This document shows, piece after piece, positions 1 to 11,738 of a stretch of DNA of 64,000 bases (position 1 is the stretch's first letter; each line of letters starts with the position of its first letter). The notes beneath the pieces were generated by a model. It searched no databases. It worked only from the letters and a program-made list of their open reading frames with translations, and was not told the origin of the DNA. This DNA comes from Phoronis australis (lineage: Eukaryota; Animalia; Phoronida), in contig NMRA01000563.1 in the NCBI GenBank assembly GCA_002633005.1, positions 1 to 64,000 of the forward strand. The letters run 5' to 3'. A program made the position numbers and the translations under genes.

Positions 1-505
1 TTGCGCCACCTAGTGGCCATTTTTAGTGTTTTCGAGTCTGTTTTTGTGCGTCCACCCCTCTATCAACCAAACCGCTAAAAGGATGATTGCGAAAATTGGC
101 ATGTATATGCTTACTATGTAGAGGACGGTTGACGATTTTCCGACGATTTTGACTACTGTGGCGCCTCCTAGTGGTAGTTTTCTTTTTTTTGCGCCTATGG
201 CTGTATCTCCTAAACCGTTCGCAGGATCTTTAGGAAATTGTGTAAGTATATTTATATGATGTTAACAACGGAAGATGACGACTTTTGGAAGGATCCGACT
301 ACCGGTGTTGCCCCTAGTGGCAATTTTAATTTTTTACGCTTACCTTTGTATCTTCACAAATCCTTAACGGATTTTCATGAAATTGGGTATGTAGGCACCT
401 TTTAGTGAGATGACGCTATCCTCCCGTTTTCAGATGGATTTGACATAGTTTGCGCCACCTAGTGGCCATTTTTAGTGTTTTCAAGTCTGTTTTTGTGCGT
501 CCACC
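1..505. repeat. End of a ~449-bp-period tandem/TE-internal repeat with GCGCCnCCTAGTGG sub-units
   Basis: 1-56 recurs almost exactly at 450-505; the core motif is at ~3, ~161, ~310 and ~452. Confidence 0.75.
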
Positions 506-1406
506 AACCGCGTTCTCGCACTGTGTCGCGCATTCAACGTTCCTAACCGAACAGAATGCCTTTCACTGCTAGCACATCAACAACCATACTTCACAGAGTT
601 AAACCCAATGGAAATGCACACATCACTTTTCAAAAGCCAGATCTAATTACATCAGTTTTGGCTAATTCAATCATTTATTCAGTGAAAAACGCTTCTAACC
701 TAAATAATTCATGAAGAATTCAATTTCAGAAGATGAACAGTTCAGAAATCATTAGTTTCACTCCACGATATTGCAATTTATTTCATACAGGTCATGTATT
801 GTTGCTGTGAAGTAGTTCTGATATGTGAGTGGTACAATCAAAACCTTGTGTTTTGTTTTGATGGATTGCTCTGTTGCACACAAAAGGAACTTATTTCAGT
901 GTTTGTGATGACAAGGATTGATGATGTTCAGGGTTCTTGTACATAATTATTGAAGATTGTACAACAGAAGATGCCATGTTGGGCCCAGTTTCTAATGGGA
1001 AAGTAGCCAAACTGCTTGTACATCGGAGACTGAAATTCTGTAATACTCCGATGGGCATTCACAAACATTTTATGGGGACCATTCATTCCAAATTTGTTTC
1101 CTGTCAATCACTTGTTTGCAAAAATTACGTGTCAAAGGTTTTACAAACTTGACCTTGTGTGCAGCCAAAGTTCAGGAACTTTCGTGAGCTAAATGTTATA
1201 CGACCTCTTTTTTGAATTCCTATTTTTAACCTAAGTTACATTCATAAATCTCATTGATAAGTATCAGGCTGTGACAGCTAGAATGATCAGCTTGAATAAC
1301 AGTGATTTATAGCTCATCACATCTCTATTTGTAGCTGACAGCACATGGTGTGAGATCATGTCTTATTGCATACTACAGATTTCAATGCAATGCAATGTCA
1401 ATATAC

Positions 1407-1566
1407 CTTCCTGTTGGTCTACCCTCAAGAGCACAGTACATAAAGTGTCGTCGTGACCACTTAAGTGACGAGTCAGTGACGTAGATCATGCCAGAGCGAG
1501 AAATGTCCATATCATTTAGAAACCTTGACTGAAGTCTCTGTGAAGACATCAACTGGGTCGTATCAC
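1407..1566 (-). CDS. APMAP: APMAP coding exon 6
   Basis: tttcag|GDTTQLMSSQRLQSRFLNDMDISRSGMIYVTDSSLKWSRRHFMYCALEGRPTGR|gtatat, phase 1 to 2. Confidence 0.92.
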
Positions 1567-4500
1567 CTGAAATGGAGGAACCACTTTACAGTGAATCACA
1601 GGTGTCATGTACATACTGAATTTCTACCACAAGAATTTCTATTACAACAAGAATGCACCGACACAGGTTATCCAGTCGCTGATGCTGGTCCTGTTGGACT
1701 TGGTGCTGTCCTGATGCAAGAACATGCAACGAGGTGTCAAAGTTCCCGTTTGCTACGCTAGTCAAGGACTGTCTGAATGTGAACGCCGATACAGCCAAAT
1801 TGAAAAGGAAGCACTCAGTCTGGTATGGGCGTGCCAGAAATTCCATGCTTATTTGTTTGCCCAAAGAGTTTGATCTGATCACTGACCACAAACCCTTAGA
1901 AACCATTTATGGACCCCGATCCAAACCCTGTGCAAGGATCGAGCGTTGGGTACTGCAGCCATATAATTTTCAAACACGGCACGTCGCCGGGAACCAAAAC
2001 ATTGCTGATTCATTATCATGCCTGGTGAACCCAGCAGACATTCGAAGCAAACAAACCGATGAAGCTGAGGACTGTGTCCATTTTATTGAGGTCAATGCCA
2101 CGCCAAACGCTCTGTCAACGCATGAGATTGAAATCTAATCCTTGGATGACCCCGAATTGTCTAACTTCAGAAAGCCGTCGAAACTGGAAGATTCAAGAAT
2201 TGTTGGAATTTGCAAGCTGTTGTTGTAGAACTGTGTGTTGTTGGAAAAGTAATTTTTGGGGTACCCGAATTGTGATCCCGCCTAAAATGTGCCCCACAGT
2301 ATTATAGCTTGCATATGAAGGTCATTTAGGAATTGTTGGGATGAAACAATGTTTACGTGGTGGCCCGGCATGGATAAAGATGCTGAAAAGCACAGCAAGT
2401 AGTGTTATGGTTGTCAACTTGTGGCACGACCCGATGTTGCAGAACCGATTCGTTCCAGTGAGTTACTGGACGGACCTTGACAAGACCTTGCTGTCGATCT
2501 GATGTTACCGTTTCCCTCTGGACATTCAGCATAAAAAAGTGGATTACTACAGTCGATTTTATGAGATCAAGATTTTGAAATCCACGCTCGCCAATAACGT
2601 CATTGATGCATTGTGGGAGATGTTTTGTCGATTTGGTTTACCGTTACCAATCAAGTCAGACAATGGCTTGCAGCTTACAGGGGCGGATCCAGGATTCTGA
2701 GTTGGGGGGGGGGNTTTTTGGGTCTGCAGACCATTTGACTAAAAAAAAAAAAACGTAAACAGGGTTTGTTCAGGGCCTATGCATTGTTTATTCACCCCCC
2801 GAGCCCCCCTGGAGGCGTATGCTAGTTAGCAATTCGCACCCGAACTGTATCTGGTAGAATTTTATGGGGGGCCTGATGGCTCCCTTGGCCCCCCCCCCTC
2901 CTCAAATCTTCCACTGGCTTAAATCCAAACAGTTCCACCAATTTTGTGTAGAAAATGGAATTCGACACCAAAAAGTCACTCCGAGATGAGCCCAAGCCAA
3001 TTAGTAGGTGGTAAGTCAAAATGTGTCATTGCTGAAATGATTGTGCAAAGCGAGGGACTTGACTGAAAACGTGAAATATGTAAATCTTTGATGGCAAGAA
3101 AATGCGTACAAAACTGCCTGCATTCAAAATGGAAGACGAACATTACGACATTGACAAGACTGCGACTCGGAACCAAAAGCCAAATACAAAGTGTACGAAG
3201 GTGCAGCCAGAAATGCGCAACCATCGGAAGTATCTGTGGGCGACACGATGCTTGTACGACAAGACAAATAAGACAAATAGACAACGAATTTCAACCCGAC
3301 ACCACATGAAGTTGTTGACAGATCCGGAAATCAGGTTGTTATCGAATAGCTGGAAGGAGTCAGCTATTCACGAAACATGACCGCGGTGAAGAAGTTTGTA
3401 GTTCCAAATGATAGGTTGGTCATCGATGCGGACAACATGATCACGCAAGTTCCAACTGAGGCACCTGACATGCCAGCTTGTTTTGATGTTTGATGACTAA
3501 ATGTTTCATTTGATATTTTTATCCCTGATGACTGAACATTTTGTCTAAGGAAAGGAGAGATGTCATGTATTGAATTTCTACCAGATGTTTATTAGTTCCA
3601 GTAGCACTTAAATGTATGACTGTTAAACATGTGTTACTATGATGAGTATCCTTAGCGTGAATAGTTTTTCTGCATGTCTTATAGTCCCTTGGATGTCGTT
3701 TGCTTTAATGCCAATTACTTTGATAATATAATTCTTATATAATTCAATTGGTTTTATATAGGAATCCTATAGGATTTCCTATAGGATATCTTATAGGATC
3801 CAATAGAAAATCCTATATGATTCCTATAGAAACCCTAGAGGATTCCTATAGGAAATCCTATAGGATTACGTATAGGATCCAATAGGAAATGCTATCGGAT
3901 CCTATAGGAAGTCCCACATAGGTTCCTATACGAAATCCTATAGGATTTCCTATAGGAATCCTCTAGGGTTTCTATAGGAATCATATAGGATTTTCTATTG
4001 GATCCTATAGGACTTCCTATTGGATCCTATAGGAAATCCAATAGGATCTTATAAGATTTCCTAAAGCATCAAATAGGAAAGCCTATAGAAATCCTTTAGG
4101 ATATCCTATGAGAAACCCAATAGGAATTCACATAAGACATGAATATATCCATTAGGCAGTTCAATAGGATTCTATAGGAAGTTCAATAGGATTCTATGAA
4201 GATATTAACATACATGCATTAAGACTCGCCTGAATATTAAAATTTACAAAAATTAATGACTCAGAAGAGCTGACATAAGATAAAAACAAATCAATATTTT
4301 ACTATATACTCTTAGGCTATTTGTTTGTTAAAATGCTTGTGATTAAATTCCTACTGGATTTTTTCAATAGGAACTCCTATAGGGTATATTGATCCTATAG
4401 GAATCCTATAGGAAATCGATATTCCTATAGGAATTCTTATAGAAGTTTCTATAGGAATTCCTATGGGAAATCTTATCTTATAGGAATCCTATAAGGTCCT

Positions 4501-7500
4501 ATAGGATCCTATAGGAATTCCTATGTGATGTGTGCTTTCTTGCTTTGTTGATCCACCAAGTTTGAACACCCCTTGTCAAGATTACCCCCAAGATGATTGC
4601 AGCACAGCTCGTCAGTATCCAACTCCAGTGACATAACAGAAGAAACTGGCCACCAAGCCGTATTGCTCTAAAAGCAATTTGGCTACTCAGATAATAGGTC
4701 TGCATCACCAAGCAAGCTCATGAGAGCGAAATCTGCAACATGAGGTTTTAAACTCTGTAATTATCACATTATTAGTAATGAGTATTCCAGGGCCAAGTTA
4801 TTCAGAATACACAGCGGAGATAAAATAATTAGTTAATTATCATCTCAGCCAGCACTATTAACACTTTGTTGAGCTGTATTTAGTTACGCGCGCATGCACC
4901 CACACGTACACATACATGGCTGATTTACTGTTGAGCTAATAATTGAGTTAGCCCAAACACCTACAGTGTTATCAGAATGCTGTTATTGCTATTCAGTATC
5001 CTACCTGCTACAACATTCACTTGGTAAAGGCCCAGGTAAGCATCGGCAATGATAAGGAAGCCTTGTGGGTCAAACTTCATCCCCAAAGGTCGGCCACAAG
5101 TTGGTTCATCCGCATCTGTGCCTGCAACGGAAACACAGAAATTTGCACACTGTTTATGAGAATGACAAGCAGCTATTCTGGATGTTGAAACTGCATTTTC
5201 TATGTTGAACTGGCTAAGAATGAAAATAGAATTCAGCATTTTACCTCATTTCTTACCAGGATTCTAATTTCATTTATGGACAAGAAAAACAAACCATCAG
5301 TGACACATGAAGATCTTTCAAAGTATTGAAGTTAGCCAACTCTAAAATTGCAGATTTGCAAATGGTGCATGTACATATTACCTGCGACTTGAGTTTCCAG
5401 CTCACTTGGCAACACTACATTCAAGATTGGATGAGTGCGGTGTTCTTAAGGCTTAAGTAAAGCACTTCCATTAAGAATTCAACATTGACTGCTAAATATT
5501 AGCGAAATGCAGCTTTAATTCACATGTTTTTTCTAATAACTTAACCATAACTGCAAATCACAAATTCTTACCACATGGAGGTTTGCCCAGTCTGGTAACT
5601 TCCCTCAATTTTCCATCATAGATTTCCATTATTTTCCCATCAGCAGTTCCCGTATATAAGTAATGACCTAAAAACAAATAATTACACATCATCCAGTATT
5701 TCTCATCATACTCAAACATTCAGCAGCATTCTTAAATTACAGAGCAGTTCCTGTATATAAGTAATGACCTAAAGACAAATAATTACACCTCAACCAGTAT
5801 TTCTCATCACACTCAAACATTCAGCAGCATTCTTAAATTACAGAGCAGTTCCCGTATATAAGTAATGACCTAAACACAAATAATTACACCTCATCCAGTA
5901 TTTCTCACTGGACTCGAACAATCAACAGCATTTTTCAATTACAGATAATTACATGTACCACACTAAAAGGCCTAACATGTCTTGTACTTTAATGAACTAT
6001 TTATTATTTATTTAGTAATTATTTTTTTATTTAATCATCTTGTCTTTTACTTTTAGTATCTTCTATTTATTGTTTTTTTATTATTTATTTTGTTTCGTCA
6101 TTTGTTCCATGTCATCATTGATCATTAAAGTCTTGTCTTTGTAACGTATATTTTGATTGATTGCCCCCGGGAAGTAGTGAAAAGTGGTGGGGTTACACTC
6201 ATTGTAAAGATCCCAATAAATAAATAAAAAAAATCCCAGAAGGAAAACTGCAGGTAACTAGTCACCTCGCTGTAACTGCCAAGGTGAGATCCCCATTAGT
6301 TTTGGTACATATCCAACATTGAAGTTACATATCACTAATTGTCACTATACAGTCAACAAGATATCACAAATTACTGCTAAGAACATCTGAGTGAAAAATT
6401 ATGCACCGGCCATTTCTCCCACTAATTTCAAAGACAAAATTAAGGATTTCAATTGTATCACGAACTGAATATCTCAGTGCTTAAGTCCAATATTACTTAA
6501 TAAATCAATAGTTCATTAATTACTTTAAATTCTCAAAGAAGATTCAGGATAATTTTTAATACCTACAATTAATCTTAAATTCATGCTTTGCTTATGATTA
6601 CATGGCATTTAAATAGATTCGTTTCATTTCTGTGCACTTGTACATTACCCGTTGGATCTTGCGCTATAGACTCAGGTCCAATGAGCTGCCCAGAAAATTT
6701 GTGCAGGGCATGTTGTAGTCTGTCATTATGTTCCAATGGACCAACCCATTTAGGTGGTGGGGGTAATCTGAATAAAAAGCAATAGAATAACTTAGAGACC
6801 AGAATGGTTCATATAATATACATTTTGTCAGATTTCCTGAGAATCTCCAAAGACAGTAAAGACACAGCTTGGCATCCAACAAGCTGCTCTGTGATGTGTC
6901 ATAGTAGTTTGTGCAAAACGGTACTACTGAGTTCTTATCCTAACCATCTAAATATCAATATATGCACCTGTGTATGAACAATTACAAGTAGCCCTGGTTG
7001 GTTTTCCCCTTCCCTTCAATTCAAGCTGCCTTGCTCTTGGGTTTTGTTTAAATGTTTCACATTATAGTGCATGTGCTAAATTTGAATATTATACAGATGT
7101 ACTTCCACATACAGGTGTAGGGCCTCAGACAATAAAATTCTACAGTGAAAAAATTAATTGCTCAACATGGTGAGAATTGTACGATGACACCTCAAAATCC
7201 AACTGCATGCTTGGTAGTTAGGTACTTGGCCTATGTTGCACAACCAGCAGAGCTTATGGGGAACATAGTATGGCAACATTATACAAACGTTTTAGGTTGT
7301 AAAATTCCGATTTTCAAAATTCAAAAACCTTATCACGTCGTTCTTTTCACAAATATGCTGCTTAAAACTTTCAAAATTACAAAATACTATTGTAACCCTC
7401 AGTGTGTTGATGGGTCCGATTATCTAGAGAACGATAAAGCAGAAGCCTGAGGCGATGTATGGCAGCATACGTAGTGTCTTTGATCAATGCGGGCAGATTA

Positions 7501-10500
7501 CGACTAAGTATGCAAACTGGTTGAGTTGCCCAATCTCTACTGGTGAGGGTGTACTGCCAGCGTAGGATTCTTTGGTTGGAGCTTGTACCAAATTTACAGT
7601 TAACATCAAAACAGTTGCTTTCACTTCAATCTGCTAGGGGCATCAACTTTTGGGAACAAAATGAGCTCAACTACTGTGAAATTTACTCAATTATAACTAA
7701 CTCCTGCTTAAGTCCGTATTCCAGACCATACCGGTTTTCACAGGCCTTATATCAATCTATCTTAATTGCCAGGCTCAGTCTTTTGTCCCATGTTACAATG
7801 CAAGCTGAATTAATACATTACTGTATACACGCCACAAGTCAACATGGTTGTCTGAAAACCCATCACAACAATTTGGCCCATTTTTATTGTGGTTCTTCCG
7901 CGAGAGAAGCATTCTACACTTTCACGAGGAATTCAATTTCAGAAGACAAGCATGCTAAAAAATTACCAGGTTCTGTCTTAGACATTTCAATTTATTTCAA
8001 CCAGTATTTTATTGCCATTTTTTAGACTTGTATGGCAGGCCCGTAATGATAAACGAATTAAACGAACTACGGCCAGTTTAAGGCTTGATCAAGTGGGAAT
8101 TCAAATCACTAATACACATACTTTCAGCAAAGCTTAAAAAATTGCTATGGCCCGTAGAAATCTTGAAAGCCCGGCGTCTAAAAGTGGTGAATTACTGTAC
8201 TCACTCTACCCCTTCTTAAAGAATTTTGCTTCACTTGGAGATGACTTTATTAAGTCGAAGTTAGCTCTAATTGGTAATTCCTACTGGCGCGAAGTATTTG
8301 GAAGTATGACATCTTTCTACAAGAAAAGAGGACTTTTTGAATCAACCTTTGTGGTTAATATTAACTTGGCGATCAGAGGCACAGGTGTTTTTTATAAGCC
8401 TTGGTTTGTAAAAGGCTTAAGACTTATTAGAGATATGTATACTTCTGATGGTGATTTTGTTAGTTTAAACAATATGAAAAATAGGTTCGATGTGAAAACC
8501 AACTTTGTAGAATATAATGGTGTTGTTTCTGTTCTAAGAAGGTTTCAAAAAAGTCTATTTGAAAGTAAATTTAAAAGTGTTAATGTCTACTGTCCTTGCA
8601 TGCCTTTAGCAATTACTCACTTATGGAAAGATTTGAAGGGTTGTAGACATTTTTGTTCAGTCTTTAATGACGTTAAGAAACCTAAGGCAGAGTGTAAATG
8701 GGGAATAGAGCTAGGAGATAGTTTAGAGTGGAAGAAAATATGATTGCTTTACCTTACAAAATTACAAAGGATCCCCATATTAGATGGTTCCAACGTAGAA
8801 TACTACACAGGATTATTGCAACAAATACTCTTTTTAGTCAAAATATGTGTTAGGGATTCTGATTTATGTTCCTTTTGTAATAATGCTCCAGAGATGCTGT
8901 CACACCTTTTTTGGGAATGTAGCTTTGTACAAGATTTCCGGAAAGAATTCGGAAAGCTACTTCAAAAGTGTCGCATTCAGCTTCCCAACTGTCTGTCTTA
9001 CGATTGTGTTATTTTTGGACTTTACAAGACCCATGATTTTCTATTTAGCATTTTGCTTCTACTAGCTAAACAGTACATTTACAAGTAGAAATATCACAAA
9101 TATACCTAATTTTCACAGGTTGGTTACATATACTTATGAGTACTATAGTGCTGAAAAATTAATTGCATATAAAAACTTTGTATACGACAGCTTCTCTGCG
9201 AAATGGGAAAATTTTATTGTTCATGTTAACTACATGTAGAAGATATTTACTTTGAATGAGATAGGAAAATGGTCTTCCTGAGGTGTGCATGGATTATGCG
9301 TGAATGAATGGTGTTCTTATTTGTTGTTTGTTTGTTTTTGTAATTGTTTGTAAATGATAATAAATACCTAAAAAAAGTATTTTATTGCCATGAAGACATT
9401 GCTAATGCGATAACTGCATGTACAACACAAGAGGAGCTTAGATCAATTTTCGTGATATCAAGGGTGGAGGGCGACACAGGGTTTCCCAGTTGATGTAGAG
9501 AAGCATTGTTCAACCACAAAATACCACTGAACGGCAGGGTTTACCCGCCTGTTTCCTTTGACTAAGTGCATGGTGTAGAGACGAGTTGCACACTTAAATG
9601 ACCTCATAGTGACTTATAACTTGCATTTACAAATTACATTCCACCCAACCCCCTGGTCGCTAATCTCATCTTCTGAAGGGGAGTAAATTTGAAAGAAAGT
9701 GATCTTTCCCACAGAAGTTAGGCTACTTGCGGTCAGTAAAGAATGTTAGGCAGGGGGAATAAAGGTTCAGTGGGAAAGTGACTTTTTAGTAACAAAGATT
9801 TACACGCTCCATCAACTCGAACATGTCTTCATGAATAGGCTTGACATGTTGCTTGGGTGGGGTGTACCTTGCTGTCATCAGAATTCCTTTGACACAAGAT
9901 CCAGCAGGGTAAAGCACCTCGCCTAGCCTAGTCTTAGTGTAGGATGGTCTGTAAACGCTATTCTCATGTCACATTTTGATTCCAAAAAATGAAACTGACA
10001 AAAGATTCTTTTCAATTTTGATAACTCCTTCTTGTTCCCATTCAGTCATGAAAAATGTACAAATGCAAAGCAGGACAGCTACCACCACCAAGAAGTTTAC
10101 TTACGATATAACAATTGGATCTACAGGACTTGTAGTCAGTAGCAAGTACAATGTGATCAAAGTCAACAGTAGAAGTACACTAGAAACCACCCAACGTGCT
10201 AGTGTTTTGCAACCTGCTGTAGATCTGAAAAACACAAGCACGAGTTCAAAATTTCATCAAGCAGACCTACCAGAAAATGCACTCAAAATTTCTCCAGATA
10301 ACACATTGCAGAGTTCCACTGAGGTAAGCTCTGGCTGCAGATAACACATCGCAGAGTTCCACTGAGGTAAGTCCTGGTCACAGATAAAACATCACAGTTC
10401 CACTGAGGTAAGCCCTGGCCGCAGATAAAACATCACAGTTCCACTGAGGTAAGCCCTGGTCGCAGATAACACATTGCAGAGTTCCACTGAGGCTCAAGCC

Positions 10501-11738
10501 CTGGCCGCACAAACCCTCATGACCATAACTCTGGTGTACCCAAAGCCAAGGAACAAAAGCGTGTTTTAACCCAATACATTTATTTGCAGGGATGTGGCTG
10601 GGGTTGGGTGGCCCCAGCTGTATATCCTTACAATATAATGAACAATACATCACATAAAACAAATAGGTATTTTGAAAATAATTACTCATAGGATAATAAG
10701 CACAAGATCGTTATGAAAAGGGAAGAGGAAAGGAAAAGCAGGACTTTCATACACTCATTCACACTCACCTACATTCAATTTAATTAACTTGCCTTATATT
10801 TACATACTGTATTTTGGTGAAAAAATTCAGTTTTCTTACAAAATGATATAGAACTGGTTGAAAGGTAACACCATACATTGTTTAAACCATGTAATAAGGG
10901 TTAAATGTGTGTGCTACTATGACTTTAAATCAGAAACATCATGATGAATGATGAGATGGCCGTAACATCATGATGAATGACGAGACAGCCGTAACATCAT
11001 GATGACTGATGAGACGTCCATAACATGATGATGAATGATGAAACGGTCGGCACTAACATCATGATCACTGATGAGACAGCCGTAACATCATGATGACAGA
11101 TGAGACGGCCATAACATCATGCTGACTGATGAGACGGCCGGTAGTGTTTACTCTGTTACAACAGACTTTAATGTAAAAACACGTTTTTAGGGAAAACAAC
11201 ACATAGTCTAACAGGTCAACAACTTTTCATAAAAACTTTATCATTTCCCTTCAATAATTCACTCAAAATTAGTTAATACAAAGCACAGTATACCAAATAT
11301 AATGTGTCTTGTATAAAGGATCAGTGCTTCCAGGCATTAGTGTTTCAAAAACAGGCACAATGGTACTATCACTTACAATTACAAGTTGCTATTCCTTTCT
11401 TTGTAGACATGTTTAAACTCAACTAGTGTTAATAAAGTAACCATTACCATCTACCATTTTGTAACAGATAAGCCAAGTTTCAATCGCACATTTCACAAAT
11501 TTGCTCCCCAGTTGCCAGTCAATTGTTTCCAGCACATACTCCTCACTTGGGATATAGGCGTAACTTCACATATGGGCACATGGTGCTAAATATCCGCATC
11601 TACGGTGTAGTGAAATGAGAATACAACATACCTGAGAGGTGATGCTTTAGTTGGAGCCCCATAAGTATCATCAATCGCTGGTTCACTAAGCTCATCAACT
11701 TTTTTCCTATGCCTCACTTGGTCGCCTTCATAGTTCAT
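1407..11738 (-). CDS. APMAP: Adipocyte plasma membrane-associated protein (strictosidine synthase-like), spliced, 3'-partial; exons 11632-11738, 10105-10224, 6649-6767, 5572-5667, 5005-5121, 1407-1566
   Basis: Six GT-AG exons join in frame: N-terminal tail, one TM helix, then GPESIA, YTGTADG, CGRPLG, ADAYLGL, FLNDMDI and YVTDSS motifs characteristic of APMAP/hemomucin. Confidence 0.92.
1603..3640 (+). mobile_element. Internally deleted, degenerate Ty3/Gypsy LTR retrotransposon (RNase H and integrase remnants) in APMAP intron 5, antisense to the gene
   Basis: ADAGPVGLGAVLMQ, ERRYSQIEKEAL, TDHKPL, ARIERW, HxG..CxxC, VDYYSRF, SDNG and RTKLP motifs with stops and frameshifts; polypurine tract aaggaaaggagaga before the LTR start TGTCATG at 3561, which resembles 1603; right end of the LTR uncertain. 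Confidence 0.88.
2678..2916. mobile_element. Small non-autonomous DNA element (MITE) nested in the Gypsy integrase
   Basis: Imperfect TIRs CAGGGGCGGAT / ATCTTCCACTG, 5-bp TSD GCTTA (2673-2677, 2917-2921); removal restores the integrase frame. Confidence 0.85.
3756..4525. repeat. CCTATAGG-palindrome satellite-like/foldback repeat
   Basis: Many TCCTATAGGA variants in two blocks (~3756-4200, ~4350-4525); near-perfect inverted repeat ~3792-3877 / ~3924-4009. Confidence 0.85.
5005..5121 (-). CDS. APMAP: APMAP coding exon 5
   Basis: ttgcag|GTDADEPTCGRPLGMKFDPQGFLIIADAYLGLYQVNVVAG|gtagga, phase 1 to 1. Confidence 0.94.
5572..5667 (-). CDS. APMAP: APMAP coding exon 4
   Basis: ttttag|GHYLYTGTADGKIMEIYDGKLREVTRLGKPPCG|gtaaga, phase 1 to 1. 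Confidence 0.93.
5642..5944. repeat. 3 x 101-bp tandem repeat spanning the APMAP exon 4 acceptor
   Basis: Units start at 5642, 5743, 5844; each has 26 nt of exon plus 75 nt of intron. Confidence 0.95.
6649..6767 (-). CDS. APMAP: APMAP coding exon 3
   Basis: attcag|LPPPPKWVGPLEHNDRLQHALHKFSGQLIGPESIAQDPTG|gtaatg, phase 2 to 1. Confidence 0.92.
8019..9375 (+). mobile_element. 5'-truncated LINE (L1/Tx1-like ORF2 C-terminus with zinc-binding motif) in APMAP intron 2
   Basis: Disrupted ORFs 8147-9088 with CSFCNNAPEMLSHLFWEC; AATAAA and A-tail; TSD AGTATTTTATTGCCAT at 8003-8018 and 9376-9391. Confidence 0.9.
10105..10224 (-). CDS. APMAP: APMAP coding exon 2 (transmembrane helix)
   Basis: tttcag|STAGCKTLARWVVSSVLLLLTLITLYLLLTTSPVDPIVIS|gtaagt, phase 2 to 2; SPVDP corresponds to the APMAP SPIDP motif. 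Confidence 0.9.
10295..10510. repeat. ~5 x 41-43-bp minisatellite
   Basis: Unit CAGATAACACATTGCAGAGTTCCACTGAGGTAAGCCCTGG at 10295, 10338, 10381, 10422, 10463. Confidence 0.92.
10935..11140. repeat. ~7 x ~29-bp minisatellite
   Basis: Unit AACATCATGATGA(A/C)TGATGAGACGGCCGT. Confidence 0.9.
11632..11738 (-). CDS. APMAP: APMAP coding exon 1
   Basis: aagATG MNYEGDQVRHRKKVDELSEPAIDDTYGAPTKASPLR, donor ag|gtatgt, phase 2; VRHRK resembles the APMAP LRQRR N-terminus. Confidence 0.8.

Noticed and set aside
937-1152. Plus-strand ORF or a further APMAP exon left of 1407
   Set aside because: No APMAP motifs found on the minus strand; later exons presumably lie outside the window
10935-11140. Repeated CTGATGAG resembling a hammerhead core
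   Set aside because: No consistent stem II plus GAAA; the single GAAAC is a point variant of GAGAC
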